Shown here one piece after another: positions 8,790 through 18,379 of a DNA stretch of 32,000 bases. Origin of the DNA: an uncultured Opitutales bacterium (GTDB lineage Bacteria > Verrucomicrobiota > Verrucomicrobiia > Opitutales > Intestinicryptomonadaceae); contig CAKTSY010000001.1 in the NCBI GenBank assembly GCA_934613415.1, positions 531,813 to 563,812 of the forward strand, in the 5' to 3' direction. Numbering within the stretch: position 1 is the first letter of the stretch; each line of letters begins with the position of its first letter. The notes beneath the pieces are model-generated. The model searched no databases and was not told the DNA's origin. It saw only the letters and a list, made by a program, of their open reading frames with translations. The position numbers and the translations under genes were made by a program.

Positions 8790-10388
8790 ATGCCATTCTT
8801 TAAATCTAACGACTTGAAAATCTGGACCGGCGGCGAATGGAAACAGCTGCCCAAAGACATAACTATTAACAAGTTTTCCACAGACACTCGCACGCTTGAA
8901 AAAGGCGATGCCTTTGTTTGCCTAGTTGGCGAACGCGACGGACACGAATTTGCAAAAACAGCGCAGGAATTGGGAGCTAGCGCAATAATAGCCTCTAAAG
9001 AGCTAGAGGGCATAGAAATTCCCGTATTGCAGGTTGCCGACACATTAAAGGCACTGCAAACCATAGCAAAAATGCACAGGCTTAGGCTCGACTACCCCGT
9101 AGTTGGAATAACGGGCTCGTGCGGCAAAACTTTCACAAAGGAATTATTGGCAAAAACTCTTGCATGGCGCAGCCCCTGCTATTCCGAAAAAAATTTAAAC
9201 AACCAGCTGGGCGTAGCCTTAAGCCTGCTTAAGGCCGACTGCAAAAACAACAACTTGGCAATTATTGAAGCCGGCGTTTCGCGCCCAGAAGAGATGGACG
9301 TTTTGGCCTCCATGATAGAGCCGGACATTGCCGTTATAACCAATGTTACGGCGTCGCATTTGGCGGGCTTTGGCGAAATAAAACAAATTGCAAAAGAAAA
9401 GGCAAAGCTTGCCGAACACTGTGCCGAAGGCGGCTATTGCGTTATGCCCGCGGGCCTGCTTTCGTGGAAGTCTTTCGACGAACTAAAATGCAAAAAGGCA
9501 ATAGCCTTGCCTATGGACGCCCCCGAAACAAAAGCCGACTTGGTGTTCAGATACCAAATAGGCTATTTGCCCGACAAGTGCTCGATAGAAATTTACCTTG
9601 AAGGCGGCAACGAATATTCGTTTGAAACCCCCCTTATGAGCAGGGGCAACGCCGAAGACACGGTTTTGGCGATAATAGTTTCGCTTATGCTCGGCTGCAA
9701 AGAAGAAATTATATATACGGGCATAGAAAACACAAAGAATGTGGGCTATAGAAACCTGTTTGTAAACACGCCCAATGCCGAATATTTTATAGACTGCTAC
9801 AACGCAAACCCCACTTCTATGAAAGACTCTTTGGAGTTTTTCGAATTAAAATCGAAAGACGCCACGCAAAGAACTTTTGTTTTGGGCTCTATGGCCGAAT
9901 TGGGAATTTCCACACTGAGCTACCATAGGGAAATTGCAAACAACATAAAACGCCGCGAAAACGACAAGGCAATATTGGTTGGCGAAAGCGCAAACATCTA
10001 CAAGGACGCCCTTATAGAAAACGGCTGGAACGAAGCCGACATAACACTTTGCGAATCGGCGCAAGACGTAAAGCCTTTGTTGGAAAACGCGGTGGGGTTT
10101 GTGTTCCTAAAGGGCAGTCGCAAATACGCGCTTGAAAACGCCCTGCCCGACGAAGTTGTAAACACAATAAACGGAACCGAACCAAAATCCGAGGAACCCG
10201 CAAACGAAGAAAAGCCCGAAGACGAAACGCCGCCTAGCCCCAGCGAAAACGACGACGAACCCCACGCGCAAACCCTTTTAGACAGCATCGACGAAAACGA
10301 CGACGAAAGCGAGGAACACCATTTTTGCGACGACGACGATTTCGACGACGAAAACATACAAATAGACAAAGATATTGAAAGATTCTAA
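8790..10388 (+). CDS. murF: UDP-N-acetylmuramoyl-tripeptide--D-alanyl-D-alanine ligase MurF with a 76-aa acidic C-terminal extension
   Basis: P-loop GITGSCGKTFTKE, DCYNANPTSM and GSMAELG motifs. The MurF body ends near ...FLKGSRKYALENALPDEV. The tail (10158-10385) is Asp/Glu/Pro-rich. Confidence 0.9.
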   Translation: MPFFKSNDLKIWTGGEWKQLPKDITINKFSTDTRTLEKGDAFVCLVGERDGHEFAKTAQELGASAIIASKELEGIEIPVLQVADTLKALQTIAKMHRLRLDYPVVGITGSCGKTFTKELLAKTLAWRSPCYSEKNLNNQLGVALSLLKADCKNNNLAIIEAGVSRPEEMDVLASMIEPDIAVITNVTASHLAGFGEIKQIAKEKAKLAEHCAEGGYCVMPAGLLSWKSFDELKCKKAIALPMDAPETKADLVFRYQIGYLPDKCSIEIYLEGGNEYSFETPLMSRGNAEDTVLAIIVSLMLGCKEEIIYTGIENTKNVGYRNLFVNTPNAEYFIDCYNANPTSMKDSLEFFELKSKDATQRTFVLGSMAELGISTLSYHREIANNIKRRENDKAILVGESANIYKDALIENGWNEADITLCESAQDVKPLLENAVGFVFLKGSRKYALENALPDEVVNTINGTEPKSEEPANEEKPEDETPPSPSENDDEPHAQTLLDSIDENDDESEEHHFCDDDDFDDENIQIDKDIERF

Positions 10389-10400
10389 CTTAATTTTGCT

Positions 10401-11498
10401 ATGTTATACTATCTGGCTGACTACGAAAATTTTTTCGGCCCGCTAAGGCTATTTAGATATTTGTCGTTTAGATGCCTTATGGCGTTTTGCTTTGCCGCGT
10501 TTATAGGGTTTCTTATTGCGCCGTATGCCATAGACATTCTGCACAAAATAAAATTCGGGCAGGCTTTTAGAACAAAAGAACAGGTTGGCAAACTTGCCGA
10601 ATTGCACGCCGCAAAAAAGGGAACGCCTACAATGGGCGGCATTATAATATTTTTTGCGCTTGTAATTTCGGCGGTGCTTTGGGCGCAGCTAAACACGCTT
10701 GTTTTGGTTTCGCTTTTTGTTTATGTGTCGTTCACAATTTTGGGCTTTGCCGACGATTTTCTTAAAATTAAAAGAAAAAGCAGCGAGGGCGTTCACGGCA
10801 AAGTTAAGCTTTTAGTGCAGCTAATTGTGTCGCTTGCATGCGTTTTTGTTTTGGTAAACAGCCAATACGAAGGCGTTGTAAGAGATTTGTACGCGCCCTT
10901 TATAAAAGGCCCCATTATAAGCAATATGCCGATTTGGGCATTGTGTGCATTTTTCTTTTTGGTAATTTCTGGGGCAAGCAATGCAATTAACCTAACCGAC
11001 GGCGTAGACGGCCTGGCTATAGGCTGCACAATTTCGTCTACACTTGCCTACGGCGTGTTTGCGTATGTTGCGGGCAACGCAATTGCCGCAAACTATTTGT
11101 TTTTACCCGCTATAAACGGCTGCGGCGAACTGTGCGTAGTTTGCGCCGCCCTAGTTGGGGCAAGCATGGCGTTTTTGTGGCACAATGCGTATCCTGCCGC
11201 CGTATTTATGGGCGACACTGGCTCGCTTGCACTAGGCGGCTTAATAGGCACAATGGCAATTTTAACGGCGCAGCCTTTAACCCTTGTAATTGTCGGCGGC
11301 GTTTTTGTTATGGAAACCGTATCGGTTATGATGCAGGTTTCTTCCTACAAACTTTGCGGAAAAAGAATTTTTAGATGCACTCCCATACACCACCATTTTG
11401 AATACGGCGGTTGGAAGGAAACGCAGGTTGTAATAAGGTTTTGGATAATTTCGCTTGCGTTTGCCCTTATGGGAATTGCAACACTTAAATTTAGATGA
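10401..11498 (+). CDS. mraY: Phospho-N-acetylmuramoyl-pentapeptide transferase MraY
   Basis: Polytopic membrane protein with NAINLTDGVDGLA, MFMGDTGSLALGG and HHHFE motifs. dcw position. Confidence 0.95.
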   Translation: MLYYLADYENFFGPLRLFRYLSFRCLMAFCFAAFIGFLIAPYAIDILHKIKFGQAFRTKEQVGKLAELHAAKKGTPTMGGIIIFFALVISAVLWAQLNTLVLVSLFVYVSFTILGFADDFLKIKRKSSEGVHGKVKLLVQLIVSLACVFVLVNSQYEGVVRDLYAPFIKGPIISNMPIWALCAFFFLVISGASNAINLTDGVDGLAIGCTISSTLAYGVFAYVAGNAIAANYLFLPAINGCGELCVVCAALVGASMAFLWHNAYPAAVFMGDTGSLALGGLIGTMAILTAQPLTLVIVGGVFVMETVSVMMQVSSYKLCGKRIFRCTPIHHHFEYGGWKETQVVIRFWIISLAFALMGIATLKFR

Positions 11499-12769
11499 GC
11501 GACAAAATTAAAGAGCTTTGCAATAACAAGCCCGCCGCAATATTCGGCAAGGGCGTTAGTGCGTTGTGCGCCAAAGGCCTGTTCGACAGCCTTGGCATAG
11601 AATCGGTTTTATATTCCGAAAACGCCGCCGACAACTGCCCCGTTTTCGACGAAAACGCGGCAAAAAAACACAGCCTGGTTGTATATTCGCCTGCGTTTCG
11701 CCCCGATCACAAGTGGCTAAAGCTTGCCAAACAAAACAACGCCGAGCTTATTTGCGAGCCAGACTTGGCTTCGCTTGCCTGGCAGGGCAACATAATTGCA
11801 ATTTCGGGCACAAACGGCAAAACCACAACAACCGCATTTTTGGCAAAGGCATTAAACGAAGCCGGCATTAACGCAGTTGCCGCCGGCAACATAGGCATTC
11901 CGCTTTCAAAATTTTGCGTCGAAAAAAACGGCGGCAAAAATTGCACTGCGGTTTGCGAGCTAAGCTCTTTTCAGCTTATGGGCGTAAAATATATGTCGCC
12001 TATAGCCTATGTTTGGACAAATTTCGATCAAGACCATTTGGATTGGCACACCGATATGCGCGAATATTTCGACGCAAAATTTGCGCTGGTTAAAATGCTA
12101 AAAAAACCCGTGTTTATTGTGGGGCAAAGCGTTGCCGACTATGCCGAAAAATACGGAGTTGCCCTGCCCGATTTTACCGAAGTTGTGCAAAGGCAAAACA
12201 ACTGCCCAAAGCCTTTCGACAACAACATACAATGCGAAAATTATTGTCTGGCAAAAGCTCTGTTTAAAAAGCTGCAACTTAGCGAAGAAATTTTGCAAAA
12301 GGCAGCGCAAACATTTTCGCTTGCAAAATATAGGTTTGCAACAAGCGGCACAATAAACGGCATAACCTTTATAAACGACTCGAAAGGCACAAACGCGCAC
12401 TCTACAATAGCCGCCATAAACGCCCTTAAGGGAAAGCCCGTTATTTGGATAGGCGGCGGCAAAAATAAAAAGTGCGACTTAACCGATTTGGCAAACGCCG
12501 TTGCCGAAAACTGCAAATGCGCATTTTTAATTGGGCAAAGCGCAAGCTTGCTAGAGCCATTGCTTAACGAAAGACACTGCAATACAAAAACTTGCGCCAC
12601 GCTAAAAGAAGCCGTATGCGGGGCGTACACCGCGGCAAAAAGCGGATACTATGTGCTCTTTAGCCCAGCCTTTTCAAGCTTCGGAATGTTCGACGGCTAC
12701 GCACACCGCGGAAAATGTTTCGACGAAGAGCTTTTAAGTTTGAAAATCGCGCAAAAAGGGCAAGTATAA
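11495..12769 (+). CDS. murD: UDP-N-acetylmuramoylalanine--D-glutamate ligase MurD
   Basis: Mur ligase P-loop ISGTNGKTTTTAFL, NDSKGTN and SPAFSSFGMF motifs. ATGA overlap with mraY. Confidence 0.9.
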   Translation: MSDKIKELCNNKPAAIFGKGVSALCAKGLFDSLGIESVLYSENAADNCPVFDENAAKKHSLVVYSPAFRPDHKWLKLAKQNNAELICEPDLASLAWQGNIIAISGTNGKTTTTAFLAKALNEAGINAVAAGNIGIPLSKFCVEKNGGKNCTAVCELSSFQLMGVKYMSPIAYVWTNFDQDHLDWHTDMREYFDAKFALVKMLKKPVFIVGQSVADYAEKYGVALPDFTEVVQRQNNCPKPFDNNIQCENYCLAKALFKKLQLSEEILQKAAQTFSLAKYRFATSGTINGITFINDSKGTNAHSTIAAINALKGKPVIWIGGGKNKKCDLTDLANAVAENCKCAFLIGQSASLLEPLLNERHCNTKTCATLKEAVCGAYTAAKSGYYVLFSPAFSSFGMFDGYAHRGKCFDEELLSLKIAQKGQV

Positions 12770-12796
12770 TTTCAATACATAAAGGATAACCACACT

Positions 12797-13990
12797 ATGA
12801 AAAACTCACTTACAATAACGGCCATTGCCGCCTTGCATATTGCGGTAGGTTTGCTTATATTCGCGCAGTCGGGCTGCAACTCGGCTAGCGACCAAAAAAC
12901 GGAAAAAGACGTTAACGCCGAAATAGTTCCCGCCAACGAAGAAAAGGTTGAAACTGCCGCCCCCGTTCAGGAAGAAGCTCCCGAAGGCAGCTCGGCATTA
13001 AGGGCAAACCCAACAAGGCCCGTTTGGTCGATGGACAACGGCAAAAACAAGCCCGTTATAGTCGAAAACCAGCCCTCTACAGTTTCGCCTAAATCTCAGG
13101 CAAACGAAGGGCTTATTGCACCCTCTACCTTAACGGCTAAAAGCGAAAAACAGCTGCCCGAAAATACAAAGATGTATACCGTAGCCAAGGGCGACTCGCT
13201 CGGCAAAATCGCAAGACGCCACAACACAACCGTTTCGAAACTTAAAAGCCTAAACAGCCTAAGCAGCCTTACAATAAAAGTAGGTCAAGAATTGATTGTG
13301 CCTGCAAACCCCTCCGACGAAGTTGTAAACCAAACCGCTCCCAAAGCGCAAACAATGGCTTCGGTTGAAAGCGTAGGCACCGACACAATAAAATATAAAG
13401 TTCAAAAAGGCGATTCGCTCGGCAAGATTGCAAAACGCCACAACACAACCGTTTCGCAAATTAAGGCTTTAAACAACTTAAAGAACGACACTATCCGCAT
13501 CGGGCAAACCCTTACGCTTGAAAAATCGGGCAAAGCGGTTTCCGAAACAAAAGCTTCGGCAAAAACCGAAGCGCAAAAAAGCGAAGTTGCAGGCAATTTC
13601 GAGGTATACAAAGTTCAAAAAGGAGACACATTGGGCGCAATAGCCAGAAAAAACAAAGTTAGCCTTTCGCAGATAGAAAAGCTTAACCCCTCTATAAACC
13701 CCAAAAGGCTTAAGATTGGCCAGCTTGTAAAAATAAAGGCTGCAGCCGAAGTTAAGGAACAGCCCAAACCTCAGGCAACCCCCGAACAGCCCAAGGTTGA
13801 AGAACCCAAGCAACAGGTTCAACCCACAGTATCTGCGGCTCCTGCAGCTCCCGCAGCTGCGGCAGAAAACAAGGTTGAACAACAACCCAAGCCGGTTCAA
13901 ACACAACCTGCACAGCCCGTGCAAGTTCAGCAAACTACAACTCCCGCCCCCGAACCAAAGGCAGGCGAAGAGGAAGTTATAGAAATATAA
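12797..13990 (+). CDS. Exported/anchored protein with three LysM peptidoglycan-binding domains and a Pro/Gln/Ala-rich C-terminal tail; no catalytic domain recognised
   Basis: N-terminal hydrophobic signal/anchor with Cys27 (IFAQSGC, a weak lipobox). LysM1 at 13175-13303 (YTVAKGDSLGKIARRHNTTVSKLKSLN...), LysM2 at 13394-13519 and LysM3 at 13607-13735. Low-complexity tail at 13736-13987. Confidence 0.85.
   Translation: MKNSLTITAIAALHIAVGLLIFAQSGCNSASDQKTEKDVNAEIVPANEEKVETAAPVQEEAPEGSSALRANPTRPVWSMDNGKNKPVIVENQPSTVSPKSQANEGLIAPSTLTAKSEKQLPENTKMYTVAKGDSLGKIARRHNTTVSKLKSLNSLSSLTIKVGQELIVPANPSDEVVNQTAPKAQTMASVESVGTDTIKYKVQKGDSLGKIAKRHNTTVSQIKALNNLKNDTIRIGQTLTLEKSGKAVSETKASAKTEAQKSEVAGNFEVYKVQKGDTLGAIARKNKVSLSQIEKLNPSINPKRLKIGQLVKIKAAAEVKEQPKPQATPEQPKVEEPKQQVQPTVSAAPAAPAAAAENKVEQQPKPVQTQPAQPVQVQQTTTPAPEPKAGEEEVIEI
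13187..13477 (+). repeat. Intragenic direct DNA repeat (LysM1/LysM2 modules)
   Basis: Copy 1 is about 13187-13257 and copy 2 about 13406-13477. They are visibly similar at the nucleotide level and share the exact 22-mer ACGCCACAACACAACCGTTTCG. Confidence 0.8.
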
Positions 13991-14021
13991 TTAAAAAAAG
14001 AGAAAGCCGAATACATTTGAA

Positions 14022-15158
14022 ATGAAAAGCGAAAAACAAAAGACCGAGGGTAAGTCTCCAATTCCGTCGTGGCTGTTGTTTTTGCTTTTTGTAATCTTCC
14101 TTACCACTCTGGGCTTGGTTATCCTTATAAGCGCAGGGTCGGCAAAGGAAGATTCGCTTGTATTCTTTAAAAAACAGGCAACGTGGCTTGTAATTGCAAC
14201 AATTATAGGAACGGCGGCGGCTTTTATAAATCTGAATCTACTAAAGAAATACGCCCTGCACTTCGGCGTATTTTCGGTTTTAACGCTTATTGCGGTTGCA
14301 ATTCCGCACATAGGCAAAGTTGTTAACGGCGCGCGCCGTTGGATAGAAATTGGCCCCATTACATTTCAGCCTAGCGACATAGGCAAAATTGCGTTGGTTG
14401 TGCTGCTTGCCTGGTATTTGCAAAACAACCAAAGGTATATGAAAACCTTTTTAAAGGGCTTTGTATACCCGATGACAATTGCGGGCTTTTTCTTTTTGCT
14501 TATAATAATCGAGCCCGATTTCGGCACGGCAACACTTTGCGCAATCGTCTCGCTTAGCATGATATTTTTAGCGGGCACAAAATTTTTGTATATAATTGCA
14601 ATTTTCATTTTTGGGGTTGCCGGCATTTTAACTTTGGTTTATTTCGACCCCGTGCGCTGGGCACGCCTTACAAGCTATTTGGATTTGGAAAACAACAAGC
14701 TAGACGGCGCATACCAGCTTTATCAGGCAATATTGGGCTTTGGCGCGGGCGGTGTAGACGGCGCAGGCCTAGGCCAGGGCCGCCAGCAGCAGTTCTTTTT
14801 ACCCGAGGCGCACACCGACTTTATCTTTGCCATAGTAGGCGAAGAACTTGGGCTTGTGTTTACCCTTTTGGTTGTAGCCGCCTTTTTTGCAATGTTTTTA
14901 ATTGTAGTTTCAAGGCTAAAAAAAGCCCCGAATATTTTCGAGCTATACATTGCGGCGGGCTCTATGCTAATGATAACGCTGCAGTCGATTTTCAATATGG
15001 GTGTTGTTACGGGAATGTTCCCGACCAAGGGAATTTCGCTTCCGTTTTTAAGCTATGGGGGATCTAACCTTGTGGCTATGTTCGTTTTTGCGGGGCTGCT
15101 TGTAAACTGCCTGCGCTCGTGGAACAAACCCATTAAAATAAAGGCTACACTGCTATGA
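14022..15158 (+). CDS. ftsW: Peptidoglycan glycosyltransferase FtsW (SEDS family)
   Basis: Roughly 10-TM protein with the SEDS signature LPEAHTDFIFAIVGEELG and SYGGSN. Located between murD and murG, apart from the LysM insertion. Confidence 0.9.
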   Translation: MKSEKQKTEGKSPIPSWLLFLLFVIFLTTLGLVILISAGSAKEDSLVFFKKQATWLVIATIIGTAAAFINLNLLKKYALHFGVFSVLTLIAVAIPHIGKVVNGARRWIEIGPITFQPSDIGKIALVVLLAWYLQNNQRYMKTFLKGFVYPMTIAGFFFLLIIIEPDFGTATLCAIVSLSMIFLAGTKFLYIIAIFIFGVAGILTLVYFDPVRWARLTSYLDLENNKLDGAYQLYQAILGFGAGGVDGAGLGQGRQQQFFLPEAHTDFIFAIVGEELGLVFTLLVVAAFFAMFLIVVSRLKKAPNIFELYIAAGSMLMITLQSIFNMGVVTGMFPTKGISLPFLSYGGSNLVAMFVFAGLLVNCLRSWNKPIKIKATLL

Positions 15159-16243
15159 GTAATTTTGTAATATCCTGCGGCGGCACGGGCGGGCATTTGG
15201 CCCCCGGAATAGCAATAGGCAAGGCGTTGATAAACAGGGGGCACAAAGTAGTTTTTGCCATAAGCAAAAAACAGGTAGATTCCGCCCTTGTAGAAAAATA
15301 CCCCGAATGCGACTTTGTAAAAATTTCGGGCGCGCCCTTTTCGCTTAATCCGAAAAAGGCGTTAACATTTGCATATATGCAAACTTCGGGGCTTTTGGCT
15401 TCGCTTAAACTTTTAAAAAATTTTAATTGCAACACGGCAATAGCCTTTGGCGGCTTTAATTCGTTGGGCGTTGCGCTTGCGGCAAAAATACTTAAACGCC
15501 GCCTTGTTTTGCACGAAGCCAATATGAAAATCGGCAAGGCCGTACGCTTTTTAAGCGTGTTTGCCGACCGCATTTACATTCCCCACGGAACTAGTATGGA
15601 GCGTTTTAAGCCCGACGTTGTAAAATATGCCGGCTACCCCGTTCGCCCCGAAATTAAGCGCATACCCAAAACCGAGGCTAAAGAATTTTTCGGCTTTGGC
15701 GAAAGCGACAGGGTTTTGCTTGTGTTTGGCGGCAGCCAAGGCGCCTTTGCCCTTAACGACTGGCTTGCAAAAAACGAAAGGCTTTTCGCCGAAAACGGAA
15801 TTTCGGTGCTGTGCATTTGCGGCGCAAAATTCGGGGTTGAAAACGAAAAGCTTTTGCCCGCAAAAAACGGCAAAACGGTTAAAATAAAAAGAATTATGTT
15901 TTGCGACAATATGGCGTATGCGCTTTCGTGCTGCGACCTTGTTGTTGCGCGCGCGGGCGCGGGCTCTATTGCCGAATTTGCAAAATGCGGCTGCGTGCCC
16001 GTGTTAGTGCCCTTGCCCACTTCGGCCGACAACCACCAGTTTGAAAACGCAAAGCTTGTAGAGCGTTGCGGCGGCGGCCTGCTTATTCAGCAAAGCGACA
16101 TCGACAAACTTTTCGACAATGTCAAAGACCTGTTTTTTAACGATGCATTAAAAGAGCGTATGGCAAAAAATCTTGCAAGGATAGACGCCATGAACGACGT
16201 TTCCGAAATGATTGCAGACATAGAAAAGTTGGCGGAGGCTTAA
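15155..16243 (+). CDS. murG: UDP-N-acetylglucosamine--N-acetylmuramyl-(pentapeptide) pyrophosphoryl-undecaprenol GlcNAc transferase MurG
   Basis: N-terminal G-loop SCGGTGGHLAPGIAI, GGSQGA, and C-terminal AGAGSIAE...NHQFENA. ATGA overlap with ftsW. Confidence 0.92.
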   Translation: MSNFVISCGGTGGHLAPGIAIGKALINRGHKVVFAISKKQVDSALVEKYPECDFVKISGAPFSLNPKKALTFAYMQTSGLLASLKLLKNFNCNTAIAFGGFNSLGVALAAKILKRRLVLHEANMKIGKAVRFLSVFADRIYIPHGTSMERFKPDVVKYAGYPVRPEIKRIPKTEAKEFFGFGESDRVLLVFGGSQGAFALNDWLAKNERLFAENGISVLCICGAKFGVENEKLLPAKNGKTVKIKRIMFCDNMAYALSCCDLVVARAGAGSIAEFAKCGCVPVLVPLPTSADNHQFENAKLVERCGGGLLIQQSDIDKLFDNVKDLFFNDALKERMAKNLARIDAMNDVSEMIADIEKLAEA

Positions 16244-16250
16244 AAAGCAA

Positions 16251-17468
16251 ATGGGCGTAGTCTATATGGGAGGCATTTGCGGAATGGGAATGGCGCCTTT
16301 GGCCATTCTCCTTAAGGCCGCAGGCAACACGGTTTTAGGCTTCGACGACAACGCCGACATTCGCGTAAAAAACCTGCTGCAGCAATTCGGCATAGAATGC
16401 CAAAGCTCTTTTAACGAAGCTGTAAAACCCGACTTGTTTGTAATTAGCACAGCCCTTTGTAGCCGCAACTTAAAAAGCACGGCAAAAATACAAAGACGCG
16501 GCGTTTGTTTTGCGGACTTTTGCAAAAACAGAAAGCTTGTTGCAATAACGGGCAGCCACGGCAAAAGCACGGTAAGCAATCTTTGCGCGCACGCAATAAA
16601 CAAACTTTCGCTTAACGCAGGCTATATGGTAGGAGCCTTGTCAGAGCACTACGCCCCGGCAAAATTCTGCAAAGACGGCGAATATATGTTTTCGGAAATA
16701 GACGAAAGCGACGCTACCATAGAAAACTTTTCGCCCGAAATTTGCGTTGCCTTAAACTACGATTTAGACCACACCGACACCTACAAAAACGCCGACGCCC
16801 TAAAGGATATGTTTTGCAGGCTTTTTGAAAGGACAAAGCAAAAAATAATAGTGCCCAGCTGCGACAAAACATTGTGCGAACTGGCAAAAGCTTCGGGCAA
16901 AAATTTCGAGATTGTGCAAATTGAACCGAATGCCGATTTTTCCTTAATAAACGCGCTTATGGCGCAATGCGCATTAAAAAGCGTTTTTGGAGACACCTTA
17001 GATTGCACCGTTTTAAATTCTTTTGAAGGAACATACCGAAGGCAGGAGGTTTTGTGCAATACCCCCGCCCTTTTTGCGATGGCAGACTACGCGCATCACC
17101 CAAGCGAAGTAAAAGCCTTTTTAAATTGGTTTGGCAAAAAATACGGCAACGGCAATTATATATTTTTCCAGCCCCACAGATATTCAAGAACAAAGTGCTT
17201 TGCAAAAACTTTTGCGCAAATTTTAGAGGATTTTGCAAAACAAGGCAACAGCGTCTACGTTTTGCCTGTATATGCGGCAAGCGAAAAATTCGACGAGCTT
17301 GGAACTTCCGACAAAATAACGCAAAATTCGCAACTGTTAAAATTGGCAAGTTTTTCGGAAATGCAAAAAATTGTAGAGCAGCTAAAAACCGGCGGCAAAA
17401 AATCCGCCGCATTTGTCGGGGCCGGCGACATTTATTTTAAGGCAAAGGAGTTTATATTACAGAAATGA
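16251..17468 (+). CDS. murC: UDP-N-acetylmuramate--L-alanine ligase MurC (compact, 405 aa)
   Basis: N-terminal YMGGICGMGMAPLA (IGIGGxGMS-like), P-loop ITGSHGKSTVSNL, EIDESD and DYAHHPSEV motifs. Confidence 0.85.
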   Translation: MGVVYMGGICGMGMAPLAILLKAAGNTVLGFDDNADIRVKNLLQQFGIECQSSFNEAVKPDLFVISTALCSRNLKSTAKIQRRGVCFADFCKNRKLVAITGSHGKSTVSNLCAHAINKLSLNAGYMVGALSEHYAPAKFCKDGEYMFSEIDESDATIENFSPEICVALNYDLDHTDTYKNADALKDMFCRLFERTKQKIIVPSCDKTLCELAKASGKNFEIVQIEPNADFSLINALMAQCALKSVFGDTLDCTVLNSFEGTYRRQEVLCNTPALFAMADYAHHPSEVKAFLNWFGKKYGNGNYIFFQPHRYSRTKCFAKTFAQILEDFAKQGNSVYVLPVYAASEKFDELGTSDKITQNSQLLKLASFSEMQKIVEQLKTGGKKSAAFVGAGDIYFKAKEFILQK

Positions 17469-18379
17469 AAAGTTTTAAATTGGCGGTACTGTGCGGCGGA
17501 ATTTCGCCCGAAAGAGACGTTTCGCTAGTAAGCGGCAGCTATGTGGCAAAGGCTTTGGAAAATTTCTACGATGTGGAAAAATTTGAGCTTGCCGAAAACA
17601 AACTGCCCGAAAAGCTTAACGGCAAAGACTATGTTGTAATGCCCGTAATGCATGGCGACTACGGCGAAAACGGCGGGCTTCAGCGCGACTTGGAAAACGC
17701 CAATATTGCATTTGCAGGCTGCGGCAGTTTGTCTAGCTCGGTTTGCATGGTTAAACCCGCGGCAAAAGCCCTTATGCGCTCGGCAAATATTAACACTGCA
17801 AAGGAAATTCTGTTTTGTTCTTCCGACAAAATTTCGGGGCAAAGCCTGGTAGAAATTTTGGACAATAAAACAGTAATAAAACCCGCCGATAAAGGTTCAA
17901 GCGTTGGGCTTAAGTGCCCCGAAGGCGTTGCCGAAACCGACAGCGCGCTAAAAGATTTGGACAACGGGCAATGGATGGCCGAAAGCTTTTTTAAGGGACG
18001 CGAATTGTCGGTTGGCGTTTTAAACGGCCGCGCAATGGGCATTGTTGAAATAAAACCCGAAGGCGGCGTATACGACTTTAAACGCAAGTATACGGCGGGC
18101 TCTACAAAATACGAATTTCCCGCCCAAATAGGCGACGAAAATACAAAAAAAATTCAGGCTGCCGCCGAACGCGCCTACATAGCCTGCGGCTGCCGAGACT
18201 TTTGCAGGGTAGACTTTATTTTGGGCGAAACTTCGTTTATTGCGCTTGAAATAAACACGCTTCCGGGTATGACGCCCACAAGCTTGCTGCCCAAAAGCGC
18301 ATCGTGCATAGGCTTAAGTTTTAACGACTTGTGCAACGAAATGGTAAAACCCGCAATACAAAGGTTTTTAAACAGCTAA
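17465..18379 (+). CDS. ddl: D-alanine--D-alanine ligase Ddl
   Basis: AVLCGGISPERDVSLVSG N-terminus. ATP-grasp C-terminal motifs (CRVDFIL, EINTLPGMT). ATGA overlap with murC. Confidence 0.9.
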   Translation: MKSFKLAVLCGGISPERDVSLVSGSYVAKALENFYDVEKFELAENKLPEKLNGKDYVVMPVMHGDYGENGGLQRDLENANIAFAGCGSLSSSVCMVKPAAKALMRSANINTAKEILFCSSDKISGQSLVEILDNKTVIKPADKGSSVGLKCPEGVAETDSALKDLDNGQWMAESFFKGRELSVGVLNGRAMGIVEIKPEGGVYDFKRKYTAGSTKYEFPAQIGDENTKKIQAAAERAYIACGCRDFCRVDFILGETSFIALEINTLPGMTPTSLLPKSASCIGLSFNDLCNEMVKPAIQRFLNS

